A stretch of 64,000 bases of DNA, from the NCBI RefSeq assembly GCF_036321535.1, contig NC_087438.1, positions 92,194,001 to 92,258,000 on the forward strand. Direction: 5' to 3'. This stretch comes from Camelus dromedarius. Lineage: Eukaryota. The notes below the pieces were generated by a model. That model was not told the DNA's origin and searched no databases. It saw nothing but the letters and a program-made list of their open reading frames with translations. Positions within the stretch are counted from its first letter, which is position 1; every line of letters starts with the position of its first letter. Position numbers and translations under genes: made by a program. Below, in pieces: positions 13,906 through 27,236 of the stretch.

Positions 13906-16149
13906 CAGGAAAGAAGCAGCCTTGCAGGAAGTAGACAGTGGGTGGCTTTGGTGGGGAAGGAAGTGGGCTTCTTTGCTTTTGCCCACTCTTAATCTTTTCT
14001 AGGGAAGGGGACAGAATGGGTGAGGCATTTGTCACCATGCACACTGACCAGGTTACTTGGGTTATTAGGAACCAAAAGAGCAGGTGACCACAGCTTGGAG
14101 CAGGAATGGCCAGAAATCAATACTTCCCCAGTGCCAGGAGGGGAAGGGAGGGGAGGAGCTGGGTGGGTGTGTCTGGGTCAGGGGTGAAAGCAGCTTTGAA
14201 TCTTGGGAGCTGGGGGCTCCCTATGGGCTAAGGAAATTTTGGATGGGGGTTGACTTGCTTTCCTTGAGTTTCTTGGTGAGGAGTGTAGAGGAGGGTGACC
14301 CACTACTGGGGTGGGAACTGAAAAACAGGCTCATTTGAGCCTCCTAGACACTTTTTGGAGCTCAGGATCACCCTCTACCCTCTTCCCTAAGACCCCAGAT
14401 GCTACAGATTGCTGGTTAGGGCAGGTAGGGAGGTTAGTGATGGGAGGGTATGGTGTTCTCTAAAAGGGAGAGGCAGTACCTGCAGCATTCCCAGGAGGGG
14501 CTTTCAGCTGACCTGGAACCAGAACAACTTGACATCACCCACCTGGAGGCATCTTTGTGCCCACTAAGGCCAGCCCTGCAGGTTGGTCCTCACACTCGGG
14601 CTTGGGGACCACTTTGCAAAATGTTTCTACTCTCTGGACTTTTGGAAGACAAGAAGCTACTCTAAGCAGCAGCCCCTGGGAGGACAGTCACCTAGTTAAC
14701 CCTCCCTAGCCACCCAGACACTCTTTCCCTATCCTTCTGAGCCCAGCGTGGGAGCACTGTTTACCCTGGCTCATGCCACCTATGCCTGCCCATGTTGATT
14801 TGTTGCATCTACAGGCATGGGTAACTTCAAATACAAAGATGTTCCCTCAAAAAAGGCCTTGAAAATTCTGTCTTATCTGTGAGTGACAAAGGATTCTGAG
14901 TTCACCAAATAAAAACACCTCAAATGGATAACAAAAATATGTGTACATTTTCTTATTGACTTTAACTTATCTCAAGGATGCATTTTTAGTGGTGACCCAA
15001 GCAGGCTTATACACATGCAGGATGCCCACACTGTGCCCTTTGCAGAATGTGTTATGCCAAGAGGGTCTAGCTCCTGAGTGTGTTTTGGGGCCTCAGCCCA
15101 AGGAGCAAAGAGTTTCCACACTTGTCTGACTGCAGGGAGCCTCTTGCAGTCCGGCCCTAGTGGCTGGAGAGGCCACCCCCTGGGAGCCCTAGCAACAGTG
15201 TTAGTGTCAGCTGTGGGCTGAGCTGCAGAGTCAGTGCCTGTATTGGAGATAAGTCCAGAGGCTGGAGCTCATAGAGCTTTTGAGCCATTTGGCAAGCCCC
15301 ACCAGAGCAGGGGGAGCAGCATGGAATCCCTGCTGGAAAATCACCAGATTGGAGTCTTATGGGGATGGAGGCATTCGTGATAACCTCATCACGTGAATGA
15401 AAGAGCAACAGAGGAAAAGGAGACAAGGATGACTTCAGTGTTGAGAGCTAGGGGCCTGGGAGGTGGAGGTGCCGGTCTAAGGAATGAGGAAGTGCAGATG
15501 GGGACAAGGGGACCAGTGCTCATGGGCTTTGCAGTGTTTGTGGCAAGTCTGGCAAACAGGAAGTTGAGATGTGGGTCTGAACCTTAGCAGAGAGGTTGGA
15601 CCAGGCAAGTAGGCAGACCCAGGTTTTTAGTTAGAGGTTGTTGGGGAAATCAAGGAAGAGAGCTAGGTAAAATCACACAAAGGCAACAGAAGCAGATCCA
15701 GGTAAGGTGACAAGGACAGACAACCTCAAATGCTCAATAATGATCAGGAAAACCTCCATAGAGAGGTTTTCCAGGCCACCCCTCCCAATGGGCTTCCCTC
15801 AGGACTAGGCTTACTGTGGGGGCGCTGCCTGAATGGCAGTCTCCCTGCCAGACTCAGTTTCCGAGGCCTGGGCCATGTCTTGAATCCCAGCGCCCACGAC
15901 CAGGTCTAGCAGGGCAGGCACTTTGGGAAGTTCAGTGGCTCTCCCAGTCCTCTGCGGCCCTCCCTTCTCCCTGCCTGTCAGCACCACGGAGCACCTCGCG
16001 AAGCATCTGCTCTTTTCTGCTCGCTCCAGCCCGTAGAGCCTCCAGGGCCTGCAGCTCTGTGCCCTGCGTAGGAAATGCGGGATGGTGGTGGCACCTGGGG
16101 AGAGGAGGCCGGGTCGAGGTCGGACCACATACCTGGGGCTTCAAACTCT

Positions 16150-17170
16150 GAAAATCCAGGCGCGCCAGAGATGAGAAAGGCGCAGTCCTGGAGGCCACAG
16201 GGGGCGACAAAATCACGAGGTGCGGCAGGAGAGCGGGGCCTTGGGGACGCAGGGAGAGCGGATGGCCGCTGGCCGGCGCATTTCTTGGCCTTTCCTGTTG
16301 GGTTTTCCATCGGGAAGGAGGACTCAGAACGCGAGCAGAGGACCGAGCGATCTAGGGCAGGGGGCGGGGGGCGGATTCCGTGGCCAAAGGGCGGGAGCCG
16401 GGGGTCGCGGGGTGAGACCCCACTTCGCGCTCGGGCCTCCCGGCGCACTCCCCAGCAGCCCTCGTAGCCGCCGGCTCTGCCCCCCGCCCCACCCCGCGAA
16501 CTCTCTGAGGAGAAAACAGGCGCGCAGGGACCCGACCTGACTCGCGCAGACCAGACACGGCGCGGAGCCCAGCACCTCCAGACGCAAAGACCGGCGGGCT
16601 GCTCCGCGGTGCCCCAGCCACTCCCATCCGTCCTCCCCTGCTGCCCCACGGGAAGACCGATCCCGCCACCCCCCCCTAAACGCCCCCAACCCAGCCCCCC
16701 GCCGCCTGGCCCCCGGCCTCGTCGCGTACCTGAGCTCCAGCCCGAGACGCGCTCTTGGGCGCCCGCGGCCGCGCAGTGACATCAGAGCCCCGGGCTCGGG
16801 CTCCCGACCCCACCTCCAGACTCCGGCCGCCGCGGGGGAGGCGCCACGTCCGGCCCGGGGGGCGGGAGCGCGGAGCTGCGGCGCTGTCCCGGGAGCCACC
16901 TGCCGCTTGGTAGTGTCCGCTGGCCGGCCTAGACTCGGGTCCAGGGGCTGGACGCTCCTTACCCCACCCGGCACAGGCCTCTTGCTACGGTCGGAGAAGC
17001 GGGAAAGTAGGGGACGGGTGACCGCGGCGCTTTCCCGCCCGCCTCTAGCGCGGGCCGGCCGGGCGCGTTCTCATCGCTGCTGGTGCGCGGGCTCGAGTGC
17101 CTGGGGGTCCCAACAGCCTCCTCGGTGGGAAAGTCCAGGCGGGGTCCCAAGGGCTTCTGACGGCCACCCC
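16150..17170 (-). promoter_or_regulatory. SHROOM1 promoter CpG island with candidate non-coding first exon(s)
   Basis: CpG-dense. Minus-strand donors CAG/GTACGC (16730/16729) and CAG/GTATGT (16133/16132). Acceptor ctcttccag/ at 12788/12787 upstream of the ATG. Confidence 0.65.
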
Positions 17171-18466
17171 GTTACATTCAAGCTTGGCCAAGTAAACAGA
17201 CCCGCCTCTGTCGGTGGTTCATGCCTCTGTCCCTCCCCTTCTGAGTGCAGCTCGATGCTAAAGTATTCCTTGAGCAATTCTCCCTCCAGACCCTCCATTT
17301 CCAAAACTCTTCCAGCTTTTTGATTCCCACTACAGGCTCTTTTCTCCCATTTCTGCCCCTTTTCTTTTCATTTCTCCCACTACCCCTCAAAGTGTGGGCC
17401 CTTCTGGCCAGCCGCCCGAAAGAGGAGGGCAGGGAAGGAGGGGAGAACTGCTGACTTGTGTCTTCACCTCAGCTCAGTGGGTCCTTTAGGTTCTGGACTA
17501 TACTATACTCTAGCTGTGGAGTCTGGCTCTCAAGGTTTTCACCTTTGGGGATCGCCAGGCTCTAAAAAATTATCTAAATTCATCTATCACGGTGCATTCC
17601 TCCCTGCTATGTCCTCAGCCTTCCTTGCCCCCCACTTTCCAAACTTCTATTCTATGAATACTGGCTCTGCCAAGAATTGTTCCATCCCTGGAAGGGGCTG
17701 AGGGCCCTTTGCTGAACCCCTTCAGTGCTCAGGTCTCTCTGCTTTTGGTGTGGCTGCTCTCACTCTCCCACAGAATCAGCATGCCTGGGGGTAGGGACTG
17801 TATCCCCCATTTTGGCATCCTTGGCTGACCAGATTCATTGGTGGTAATAACCAGGACTTAGAACTCAGACTGGGGGTCAAGGGGGGCACTGAGAGCCTGA
17901 GGAACTCTGTCTGCTGGGATCTTCTGGGGAGGGGAGGTGCAGCAGGTACCTGAGCCTGGCTTCTGATTGATCTACTTCAAACACCATCCCAACCCAGCCA
18001 TCGGCTTCACATGGAGCTGCAGCTCTGGACTCTTAAGACAATGGCTCAGAACTTCTTAGCTTTGAACACCTGCCCTTTTAAGACCCTAATCCACATGGTT
18101 GGCCTCAGAGCAGTATCACAATAGAGGGAACACAACCCAGCAACCAAAAGCCAATTCAAATTGCTCAATATTTTAACTCATATTTTGAAAATGTGTATTT
18201 CTTGAAAACCATGAAGTGGACACCATGTCCACAGTAATTCTTGTTAAACCCCTCCTCCCTCCACACCCTCCTCTTGCACATGCTACAGAAACTCTCTAAC
18301 TCTCTGAAAACTGAAATCCCATCCACCCACTTGTCTGCCTGATTCTTCTCTTCTGAGAAAGAGAAAAGCAGCCGCTGACATCTGGAAGTTGGCCTGAGAC
18401 TATCAGCTAATCCTTGGTGTTGCAGGAACTGACCTGACATTCACAGTCAAGGCCTTGGAGTTCTCC

Positions 18467-18892
18467 TGTTGCACAGAAACAATTTCACAGGACATCAGCA
18501 TCAGAAAAGGCCATCTATAACCATGATGGATCAAGACAAAAACAAGATCACATTATCATCATGTTGGAACACAGGGAAACCATGATCATTGTCCAAGTCA
18601 CAAAAGTGACCAAACATCTTTCTGTCATGGCTAAATGGGTGAGTGTTGTTTCCCTACCAGTTTCAGCCTTAGCTTTGCTCTAGTCGTTCCTCTTTCTAGA
18701 TATAATTTATTAAGATACCCAGTCATAGAATCAATGTTGCTTCCTGACAGCATCAAACACTGAGAGAAGTCCTGCTTCTTTAACTCTCTCCAAAATCACT
18801 AACACTAGCCCGAATCTTGTAAGTCCTTCCTCATGCCCTCTTACCAAGATGCTCCATGGTTTTCCATCCCATTTGTTCCCCTCACTGCAACA
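18467..18892 (+). mobile_element. Solo LTR, ERV1-class (MER39/MER21-like)
   Basis: Begins TGTTGCA and ends TGCAACA, a perfect 7-bp terminal inverted repeat with TG...CA ends. Internal accatgatggatcaagacaaaaacaag resembles MER39-type LTRs. Family call from memory. Confidence 0.65.
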
Positions 18893-19908
18893 ATTATGCA
18901 CCAGTTTGCTCAACTGCAGGTGTATTCCTGGTGGTCTTTGACTGGAGGGCATCTCTTGATTACAAAAGCCCAAAGAATCCTGAAGGGGAGGAAGAGGAAG
19001 AAACTGCTGCAAAGGTGGAATCTCTTTAAGTGGCAGCGGTTGGGGAGCAGGGGCCCTGGTGAAGATGGAGACATGCACCTATTAATCATGTTCTTTTGCT
19101 ACATCAAAAGACATACCTGTGTCCCTCAGTATTGCAGGACTTTCCCAGGCCTCAGACAGCTCTTTTAAAGAGCCCCCTAGGTGACTGGGCTTAGCCAGGG
19201 TTAGAGCCACAGGCCTGGCTATTCCCAGCCAGGCTCTGTCTCAAGAGCTGTAGGTGGGAAGGTGGTGGGCCTCCAATCAGTGCAGTTTGGAGCTTGTAAT
19301 CTGAGCTGACAAAACCACACCAAAGCAACTGCCCACCTCACAAATCTCTGTGGTTTTCTCACTTTGGTTCCCACCCTCTCCCTGTTGGATTTGGGTGATG
19401 GGAGATGACAGTGGTTTGGATACTGAAGACCACGTATTTGCTGCCAGGTGCTGGGCTAAGTACTCTACTGTTTTTATTTTTTAACCCTGTTATTCCTGAG
19501 AGGTAGGTATCATTATAACCTCATTTTACAAGTGAGAACACTGAGGCTTAAAGAGATTAAATATCTTGTTCAAGTAGAGGCAAAATTTAACCCTCTGATG
19601 GCTGTTTCCAAAGGCCATTTTCACATGACAATGGAAAGAACTGCAAGATGTGGGTGTCCACACAGCCTTCCTGGGAGGGCAGGATTTGGACTTCACATTG
19701 AGCCAGACTAGAAAGTGCACGGGGAAGACGAGAAGTGAGCAGGATCAAGACCCCAGTCAGGATTTCCTTCTCTCTGTGTGCCCTCAGTAGTCCAACATGT
19801 ACCTGGGCTAAGTTTCATACATTGTTTCCAGGGGGTTATCGGAAAGGGCTTGTAAGAGCATTTTTTCCATAGGTACATTTTCAAGATGCATTGCATCTGG
19901 ATCTGGCA

Positions 19909-20023
19909 GGGGGGTGGTAATTAGGTTTATTTATTTATTTATTTTAATGGAGTTACTGGGGATTGAACTCAGGACCTCCTGCATGCTAAGCACACACTCT
20001 ACTACTGAGCTATACCCTCCCCC
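19909..20023 (-). mobile_element. tRNA-Ala-derived SINE (vic-1-like)
   Basis: Reverse complement of gggggagggtatagctcagtagtagagtgtgtgcttagcatgcaggaggtcctgagttcaatccccag..., with an aataaataaacctaattacc tail. Confidence 0.85.
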
Positions 20024-20029
20024 AACACC

Positions 20030-20860
20030 TGAATTTTTTATTTGAAGTTTTATCTTGGAGCTCATTCACTATTAGTACCTAGAGCTGTATCATTCCTTTT
20101 AACAGGTGCACAGTTATCCATTGGCATGGACATAAATAAATAGGGTTTTTAACCCAATCCCTTATGGAAGGACATTTAGGTTAATCCAGGCTTTTGCTAT
20201 TACTAATTCCGTCATGAATATGCTTGTTTATATATCTTTGCTCACATTTGTGAGTTTATTTATAGGATAAATTTGTGAAAGATGAATTGAATCCTCCGGT
20301 GTCAGTCACCCCAGCTGAATAACACCATATGGATCAGAGAAGAACCAACCACCCACCGTAGCCCTTCCTCAATTGCACAAGCAAAATAATAGTAAATGTA
20401 TAAACCACTAAGTTTTGGGATAGTTGGTTAAATAGTAATAGATAACTGTAACAGGGTATGTAAAATTTCAATCTTGTCAAATTTCTTACAAAGAGGTTGT
20501 ACCAGTTTGCATTCCCATCAATATATGAGAATGCCCATTTTCCTGCATCCTCACTAACACAGTACATGATCAAACTTTTGATCTCCAAAACCTGAAAAGT
20601 GAAAATAATACTTCACTGTTTTAATTTACATTTCTTTTTTATATATAAAATTGCACATCATTTTATACATTTAAAAGCCTTTTGTATTAACTTCTGTGAT
20701 CTGTCCACTTCCCTTGCCCATTTGTCTATTGGATTTTTGGTCCTTTTCTTATCGATTTTTAACATTTCTTTACATATGAAGGCAATTAACTTTTTTCTTA
20801 TATGTGGCAAGTATTTTCCCAAGTTTGTGTCTTTTGACTCTGCAGCAGCAGTGAACATTT
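20030..20860 (-). mobile_element. Old L1 (L1M-type) 3' fragments
   Basis: ttgtaccagtttgcattcccatc...atatgagaatgcccattttcctgcatcctcactaacac and tttgcccatttgtctattgga are reverse-strand L1 ORF2/3' UTR signatures. Confidence 0.65.
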
Positions 20861-22624
20861 AATCCATCATTGAGCCTAAAGATGTCCCTTTCTTTTAGAC
20901 AGCAACCACATAACTTAATTTTTGTCTTAATAATTCAGAGACCATCATGTATTGGTTAAAATACACTGGAGGCCAGAAATCTTTCAACAAAATCATGTTG
21001 TCTATTTTTGGAGATCCAACAAAGCATGAATCATGGCTTATACACAGAAATCTGCTTAAATTGTAAGTGTTCTCTTGAGCAAGTTTGTTTGCTTTTTAAT
21101 TATGCACTGAATTCACCACACTTATCCAAAGATAGGGTTTTATAGGAAGGCAGCCACACACCAAAAAAAGTTCATGGAGAATAAATAGATCTCACCCACT
21201 CCTGTTGGGGGCTTCTGACAGGAAGGCCTCTGGGTGAGGTTGGGTAGGGACTAGCTGTCCCAGGGATTAAACTAAAGTTCCCTTTCAGATCAGCAGATCC
21301 TGGGAAGGAATGCTGGGCTGTCACATTCCTATTGGATAAACATATATCACCTTTTCCCTACAGACACTGGGTGACACCCCATCCTCTGTTTGCTTTGTTC
21401 ATAATAACTCAGCTTTCTCTTCTTGCCTGGTCTCAAGCCCCAGGCCAGGAACAATTCTATCCTCCTGGTCTGCCCTCATTCAAATGCCACCCAGGAATCC
21501 CTGGATAAGAGAGGTTAAAGGAGACAGAGAGATACAGGGCTGTTTCCTCTTTTACCTACTCCAGAGGACCCAGGACGGATAAGTGGTGGTCAAATGAGCT
21601 TTTCCACTTTGCTCTGCTGGCCTCCTAGGACCCAGATGAAAAATGTCTCTTACACTTCATTTTGGTTTCTAAGAATAGAAATTAACTCAGACTCTGAACA
21701 GGGCCCAGCAGCATCCTCAGAGAGGGCAACAGCTGGCTCAAGCCCAGGAATAGCCAGATTGCTCCTTCTATATTCAAACCCTAACAAAGGGATGAGATGG
21801 TCTCCAAAGACCCCTCTTCAGGAAGTGCCTTCTGTTTGAACTAAATCTGCTAGGTCTCTGCTCACCAAGAAGTCACCCAGTCAGCACTTTCAATGGGAGG
21901 ACACTCCAACTCTAGAGCTGTGAGCCTTGGGCTGCATATGGAAGCCGCGGGCTGGGCTTGGTGCAGAATTGGGTCACAGTATGCCACGTGCCCGTGGGAT
22001 GGATTTTGATCATCAGCTCTGGAAGCAGGTAATGCACGCCCTGTCCTTAATATTCACCCAGAAAATTCTGCAGATTTTGACTGATGTGTCTGGTCAGTTA
22101 CTCGTGTGGAGGAGACTTCTTTCTGGAACTTGGGGGTGCATGTGTCTGGTATCCATCATGGTCCACAAGTTTTAGGGACTCTGCCAGGGATGAATGTGAC
22201 AACATACACACAAACACACAAAATCTAGTTGGCAGTTTTTTGTACTTCAAGGGAAGCATCATGAAAAGTTAGGGGAAAAAAAAGATAAGGAGGGAGGGAG
22301 GGAGGGAGGAATAAAGGAAGAAAGAAAACCTTAGAAATTATGGAGAAAATAGCAACTACCATCAATTGCCTGGAAGGGCGGAAAGAGGTCCATAGACAGG
22401 CGTATTGGCCACCCTGTGAGTTCTCACCCTGCACCAGGTACGGACAGGTGGTCTCCAATTCAGTGTGTCCCAGGTATAGGAAAACCAGCTGTGAGAAAGC
22501 GAGTGTGAGACCTAAGTGTGAGTGCCAGTAGTTGTATGATCCTGGAGATATCCCAACCTTCCTGAACCTTCATTTCCTCATCTGCAAAATGGGGATACTA
22601 CTACATAAAGATTAAATGAGCTTT

Positions 22625-22813
22625 TGGCCCCCTCTCTCGCTCCCTCCTCTTCAGAGACGGCCCACACTCTGTGGAGTGTGTACCTACTTCTGCTTTAACC
22701 TGAGCACCCAATTCCTACACCTCGTGGCCTTTCTCTTCTGAAACAGCCTACACTCTATGCAGTATGTATCTCTCTAAATAAATCTACCTTTACTCAACTG
22801 TGAAAAAAAAATG
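22625..22813 (+). mobile_element. Polyadenylated ERV-LTR (U3-R) fragment retroposed with a 13-bp TSD, inside a MIR
   Basis: TSD ttaaatgagcttt at 22612-22624 and 22814-22826. AATAAA at 22777-22782, A9 at 22803-22811. cccacactctgtggagtgtgt is ERV1-LTR-like. Confidence 0.65.
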
Positions 22814-24669
22814 TTAAATGAGCTTTCATCACATACACTCAGCAGTGGGCTCAAACTAGGCTATCAGTAAACGGCATCAGTTTTTGCTATTATTCCTCAC
22901 TTCTGCTTCTCCTGTGGGGAAGACAATCTCAACTAAACCCCAGTCTCAATTTTATCTTTAAGGATTTGTTTATACACCAGGGGTCTCCCATGGGTGTCAC
23001 TCATGCTGTTGATAGCTCCTCTCCTGAGCTTTGCTTACCATTCCCCCGTACGGGGCTGCTGGGGACATCGGAACACTTCCTTCTTTGGGGGAGTCCCATA
23101 TGGTGCATGTCTTGGGGAGACAGAGCCCCTCCTCTCACTGAAAGCCCACTGGCCACAGGGCAGGCCTGAGACCTGGGCTTGACCAATGTCCTGCTCCTGC
23201 CAGAGACTGGAACTCTTGCATGAGTGACAAAGACATGGAGAGACAGGTGAGAAACCATCAAGAGTCTGGGGGTGTGATACGGTGGTGGTCCTAACCTGTC
23301 TCCTGCTCTTGCTGCTCAGCCTCCTTGGGTTCCTGCCTATTTTCATAGCCTGGTCCTCCTGACTTTCAGTCAGTGCTGTGGAACACCAGCCATCCTTCCA
23401 ATGCATTTCTTTTCTGAGTGAGTCAGACAGAGCTGGGTGCTGTTGACTGAAACTAAGTTTCTGATACAGAGTCAAGATACTTTTTAATACTGGGGTAGGC
23501 TGGAAGAAAATCTAGGCAGATCTGGGTGTTCAGTGGTAACTTTTTCCTGGGAGAAGCAACCACCCGTCAAGAGGGTGAGAGGGATCTCCCACAGCTGCGC
23601 TGCGGCCAAGGGGATGCAGCCCCTGCCCTTTGACGTGGCCAGAGACTCTCTTACACAAGCTCAGAACTAGAAACTCAGGAAACAGGATAAAGCAGCACAG
23701 AAAAATACAAGGCAGGCAAGTTCCTGGTTCAAAGTCATAAACATTTGCTATGAAAATGAACACAAAATTTCCCTTAATAAACATAAAATCAAAGGCAAGA
23801 AAATTTGGAGATCAGGTGCTTTTTCCTATTTCTGCACTCGAATGGATTCTACCTACTTTTTTCATACCAGCATGGGCCAAAGGGCTGAGCTGATGTCCGG
23901 CCAAGGTGGGCCTGCCTGGAGACCCAGAAGCTTAGACTCCCATCGCGTAGCTGACCCCCATGGGGGTTGGGCACAGGCTGAAGTCTCTTTCACACGCAGA
24001 GTCACACAGCCCCTGAGCCAAGTGCTACCCACTCAGTGCAATTCCTTGCTATCCCCAGGCGGAGTTCATTGTTCACTGCTGCACCTAATATTGCACAGTA
24101 GACTGTGCAGTCCTTCACTTTTGTGTCTGTTCCATGGGACAGACTGTGTGCTTTTAAAGGAAAGGACCATACCTGGCAGTGCCAGGCTCAGAACAAATTT
24201 AATATCTGTGCTTTTGAATGAATTCATCTGGGAGACCTGGTCCCGGGTGAAGAGCTGTGACACTCCTCCATTCTGTGCTTTCATAGCTGTTGCAACATCC
24301 CGAAGATGGCCTCGGTCCCTGGGACCCTGTGATTAGCATGCATGTGTGTGCGCGCGCGCGCACCAGTGCGCTTTGACACATGCCTATAATTCTTCTTTCA
24401 CTTTCTCCTTTTGGTGGTTTTAACAAAAAGATGTGTCTTGCCATACTAGAAGGGGCTACTTTCTTTGCAGGGTACATTGCTTCAGTCACTCACAAGGGGC
24501 ACAGCAAAGAGAGGTCTGGGAGCCGCTGGGATGGAAGAAAGGATTTCTAAGAGAGTTCATTTGGGTTTCCAAATCATCTGCATTGGTTCTTAGAAGTAGA
24601 TTAATAATCTTTATTAGTGATGGCAGTAGGTCCTATTGCACAGACAGTCTGTGAACAAGGGTTCTTTTA

Positions 24670-24834
24670 TTTTTTAAAACATTTTACTTTTTAAATTACT
24701 GTATTATTTAATTATTTTAGTGGGAGAGGGGTAAGTAATTAGGCTTATTTACTTTTAGAGGAGGTACTGGGGATTGAACCCAGGACCTCATGCATGCTAA
24801 GCATGTGCTCTACCACTTGAGCTATCCCATCCCC
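24670..24834 (-). mobile_element. tRNA-Ala-derived SINE (vic-1-like) with a perfect 16-bp TSD
   Basis: TSD aacaagggttctttta at 24654-24669 and 24835-24850. Body is homologous to the other copies. Confidence 0.9.
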
Positions 24835-25105
24835 AACAAGGGTTCTTTTAAAAACTGTAGTAAATGCTTGAAAAGAATTAAAAATAAAGCCAAACTGACA
24901 TTCTCTGTTCTTCCTGGAGCAGTGAGTGCTTTATCTAAATTAGACTCGCCTTATCATGCTTAACAGCTTACNNNNNNNNNNNNNNNNNNNNNNNNNNNNN
25001 NNNNNNNNNNNNNNNNNNNNNNNNNNNNNNNNNNNNNNNNNNNNNNNNNNNNNNNNNNNNNNNNNNNNNNNNNNNNNNNNNNNNNNNNNNNNNNNNNNNN
25101 NNNNN

Positions 25106-25800
25106 CACGAAGTACCACTTCACACCCACTTAATGGCTATAATCAAAAGACAGACATTAAGTATTGGCAAGGATGTAGAGAAATAGGAATCTTCACGCAC
25201 TGTTGCAGGGAATGAAAAAGGGTACAACTGCTTTGGAAACAATTTGTCAGTTCATNNNNNNNNNNNNNNNNNNNNNNNNNNNNNNNNNNNNNNNNNNNNN
25301 NNNNNNNNNNNNNNNNNNNNNNNNNNNNNNNNNNNNNNNNNNNNNNNNNNNNNNNNNNNNNNNNNNNNNNNNNNNNNNNNNNNNNNNNNNNNNNNNNNNN
25401 NNNNNNNNNNNNNNNNNNNNNNNNNNNNNNNNNNNNNNNNNNNNNNNNNNNNNTGGCATATTATTTAGCCATAAAAAGAAATTAAGTACTGATGCAGGCT
25501 ACAACGATGGACCTTAAAATATGCTAAGTGGAAGAAACCAGGCAAAAAGACCCCATATTGTATGATTCCACTTACATGAAATGTCTAGAAGAGGCAAATC
25601 CGGAGAGACAGAAAGCAAGAGTGGTTGTTAGAGGCTGGGAGGAGTGGGTGTGAAGAGTATTAACTGGTATGATGTTTCATTTTTGGATGATGGAAATGTC
25701 CTGGAATTAGGTATCAGTGATACTGCACAACCTTGTGAGTATACTAAAAATCACTAAATTGTATACTTTGAAGTAGTGAATTTTAGGGTATGTCAATTTT
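25106..25800 (+). mobile_element. Old L1 (L1MB-like) ORF2 end and 3' UTR, interrupted by an N-run
   Basis: taccacttcacacccact...aatggctataatcaaaaag, tgtatgattccacttacatgaaatgtctaga and gatggaaatgtcctggaattag are L1M 3'-end motifs. Confidence 0.75.
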
Positions 25801-26607
25801 TCTCTCTGCACATGTATTACAGACACACACATATACATATACGGCTAACAGTTGTTGCTGATGTTGGCCCATTCTTGCTCAAGATCTTCACATACAAAGC
25901 AAGAGACGGTCTCCAAGTGTTGTAACCACTCTGACATTTTAAGAGTGTGCATTTAAAAGCAGAAAGAAAGCTCATGCATTCTTGTACTAATTTACCCCCT
26001 AGTTCAGAGCACCATCTGCCCACAGACCTAAAAGCATCTTGCAAGTCAGGAATTAAAATCTACTAATTATTTTTTAAAACAAGAGTCTTTAGCAGTAATA
26101 CCAAGGAGACTGTTCAAAAGTACATAGCCTAGTGCTACTTGTTAACAAATTTTGATGTGACTTAAAACTGTATTGAGAATATCTAAATTATTTCCAGGAT
26201 CTATCAAGTCAAGGCATATTCCAACCCTGACACCGTATGTGTATCTATGTGGTAGTTCTCAGCTTCATGTGTGTAGTTGCATGGAAGAAAGAGAAGTTTG
26301 GCAGAACAAAGTTTCTGTCCGTTCCTTTGACTTGGAAAGGACAGATAATCAGACAGCCCCTAAGAACTACACTCCAAAGGTAGCTACAGAAAATTAACAC
26401 ATGCTAGACATATGTATATCAATCTGAGCCTCTTTCCTCAAATTGTTGTGACTATTTTCAGCAGCAAGAGCTGTGAATCACCTTTTACCATTGATAATTC
26501 TCCCAGGCTTGGGCAGTTCCGTAGTGGGAAAGAAGTACATTTGAGTATCAATTATTATTCAAAAGAGAAAGCTAGGAGGAAGGAAATTTATCAGCTTAGT
26601 AAATACA

Positions 26608-26789
26608 CAGTGTTTCCATCAGTATCCAGGGGGATTGGTTCCAGGACTCCCTGCGGATACCAAAATCCATGATGCTCAAGTCCCATATAGAAAGCGATGT
26701 ATACAGTCAGCTCTCCATATATGAGGGTTGCACACCCCAAGATTGGTTGAATCCAGATGCAGAACCTAGTTGATACAGAGGGCCGATTG
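26608..26789 (+). mobile_element. TcMar-Tigger non-autonomous DNA transposon (MER2-like)
   Basis: gggggattggttccaggac...ggataccaaaatccatgatgctcaagtccc, terminal gatacagagggccgattg followed by TA. Confidence 0.7.
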
Positions 26790-26883
26790 TATAATTTATG
26801 TGCTTTTTAAGTGTCATGAGCTCTTCCTTGTGGGGGCCGTATCAGGGTGGAGTTAAGAGTGAAATCACATGAGGAAGAGACTG

Positions 26884-27236
26884 CTGTGCTGTCCAATAGA
26901 AAGAGAATATGAGCCACATATGTAGTTTGATGGTATCTAATGGCCACATTAAAAAAGTGGGAAAAAAAGAAACAGGTGAAATAAATCTTAATATATATTA
27001 AATATATACATATACATATTTACTATATCCAAATAGATCCAATAAATCAAAATATTACCTTTTCAGCATGCAACCAATGTAACAAAATTAGATATTTTAC
27101 ATTCTTTTTTTCATCCCATCTTTGAGATCTGGTGTGTATTTTACATTCATAGGTCATGTCAACTTTGATAAGCCACATGTTAAATGCTCAATAGCCACAC
27201 ATAGCGTGTGAATGACTACCGTACTGGATGGCACAG
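26884..27236 (+). mobile_element. hAT-Charlie non-autonomous DNA transposon (MER33-like)
   Basis: ctgtccaatagaaa...gagccacatatgta...gccacattaaaaaagt...aaacaggtgaaat...ctcaatagccaca...ctaccgtactgga matches recalled MER33. Confidence 0.75.

Noticed and set aside
15811-17390. Several 100-220 aa ORFs over the SHROOM1 promoter
   Set aside because: Arg/Gly/Pro/Ala-rich shadow ORFs of a CpG island with no coherent exon structure.
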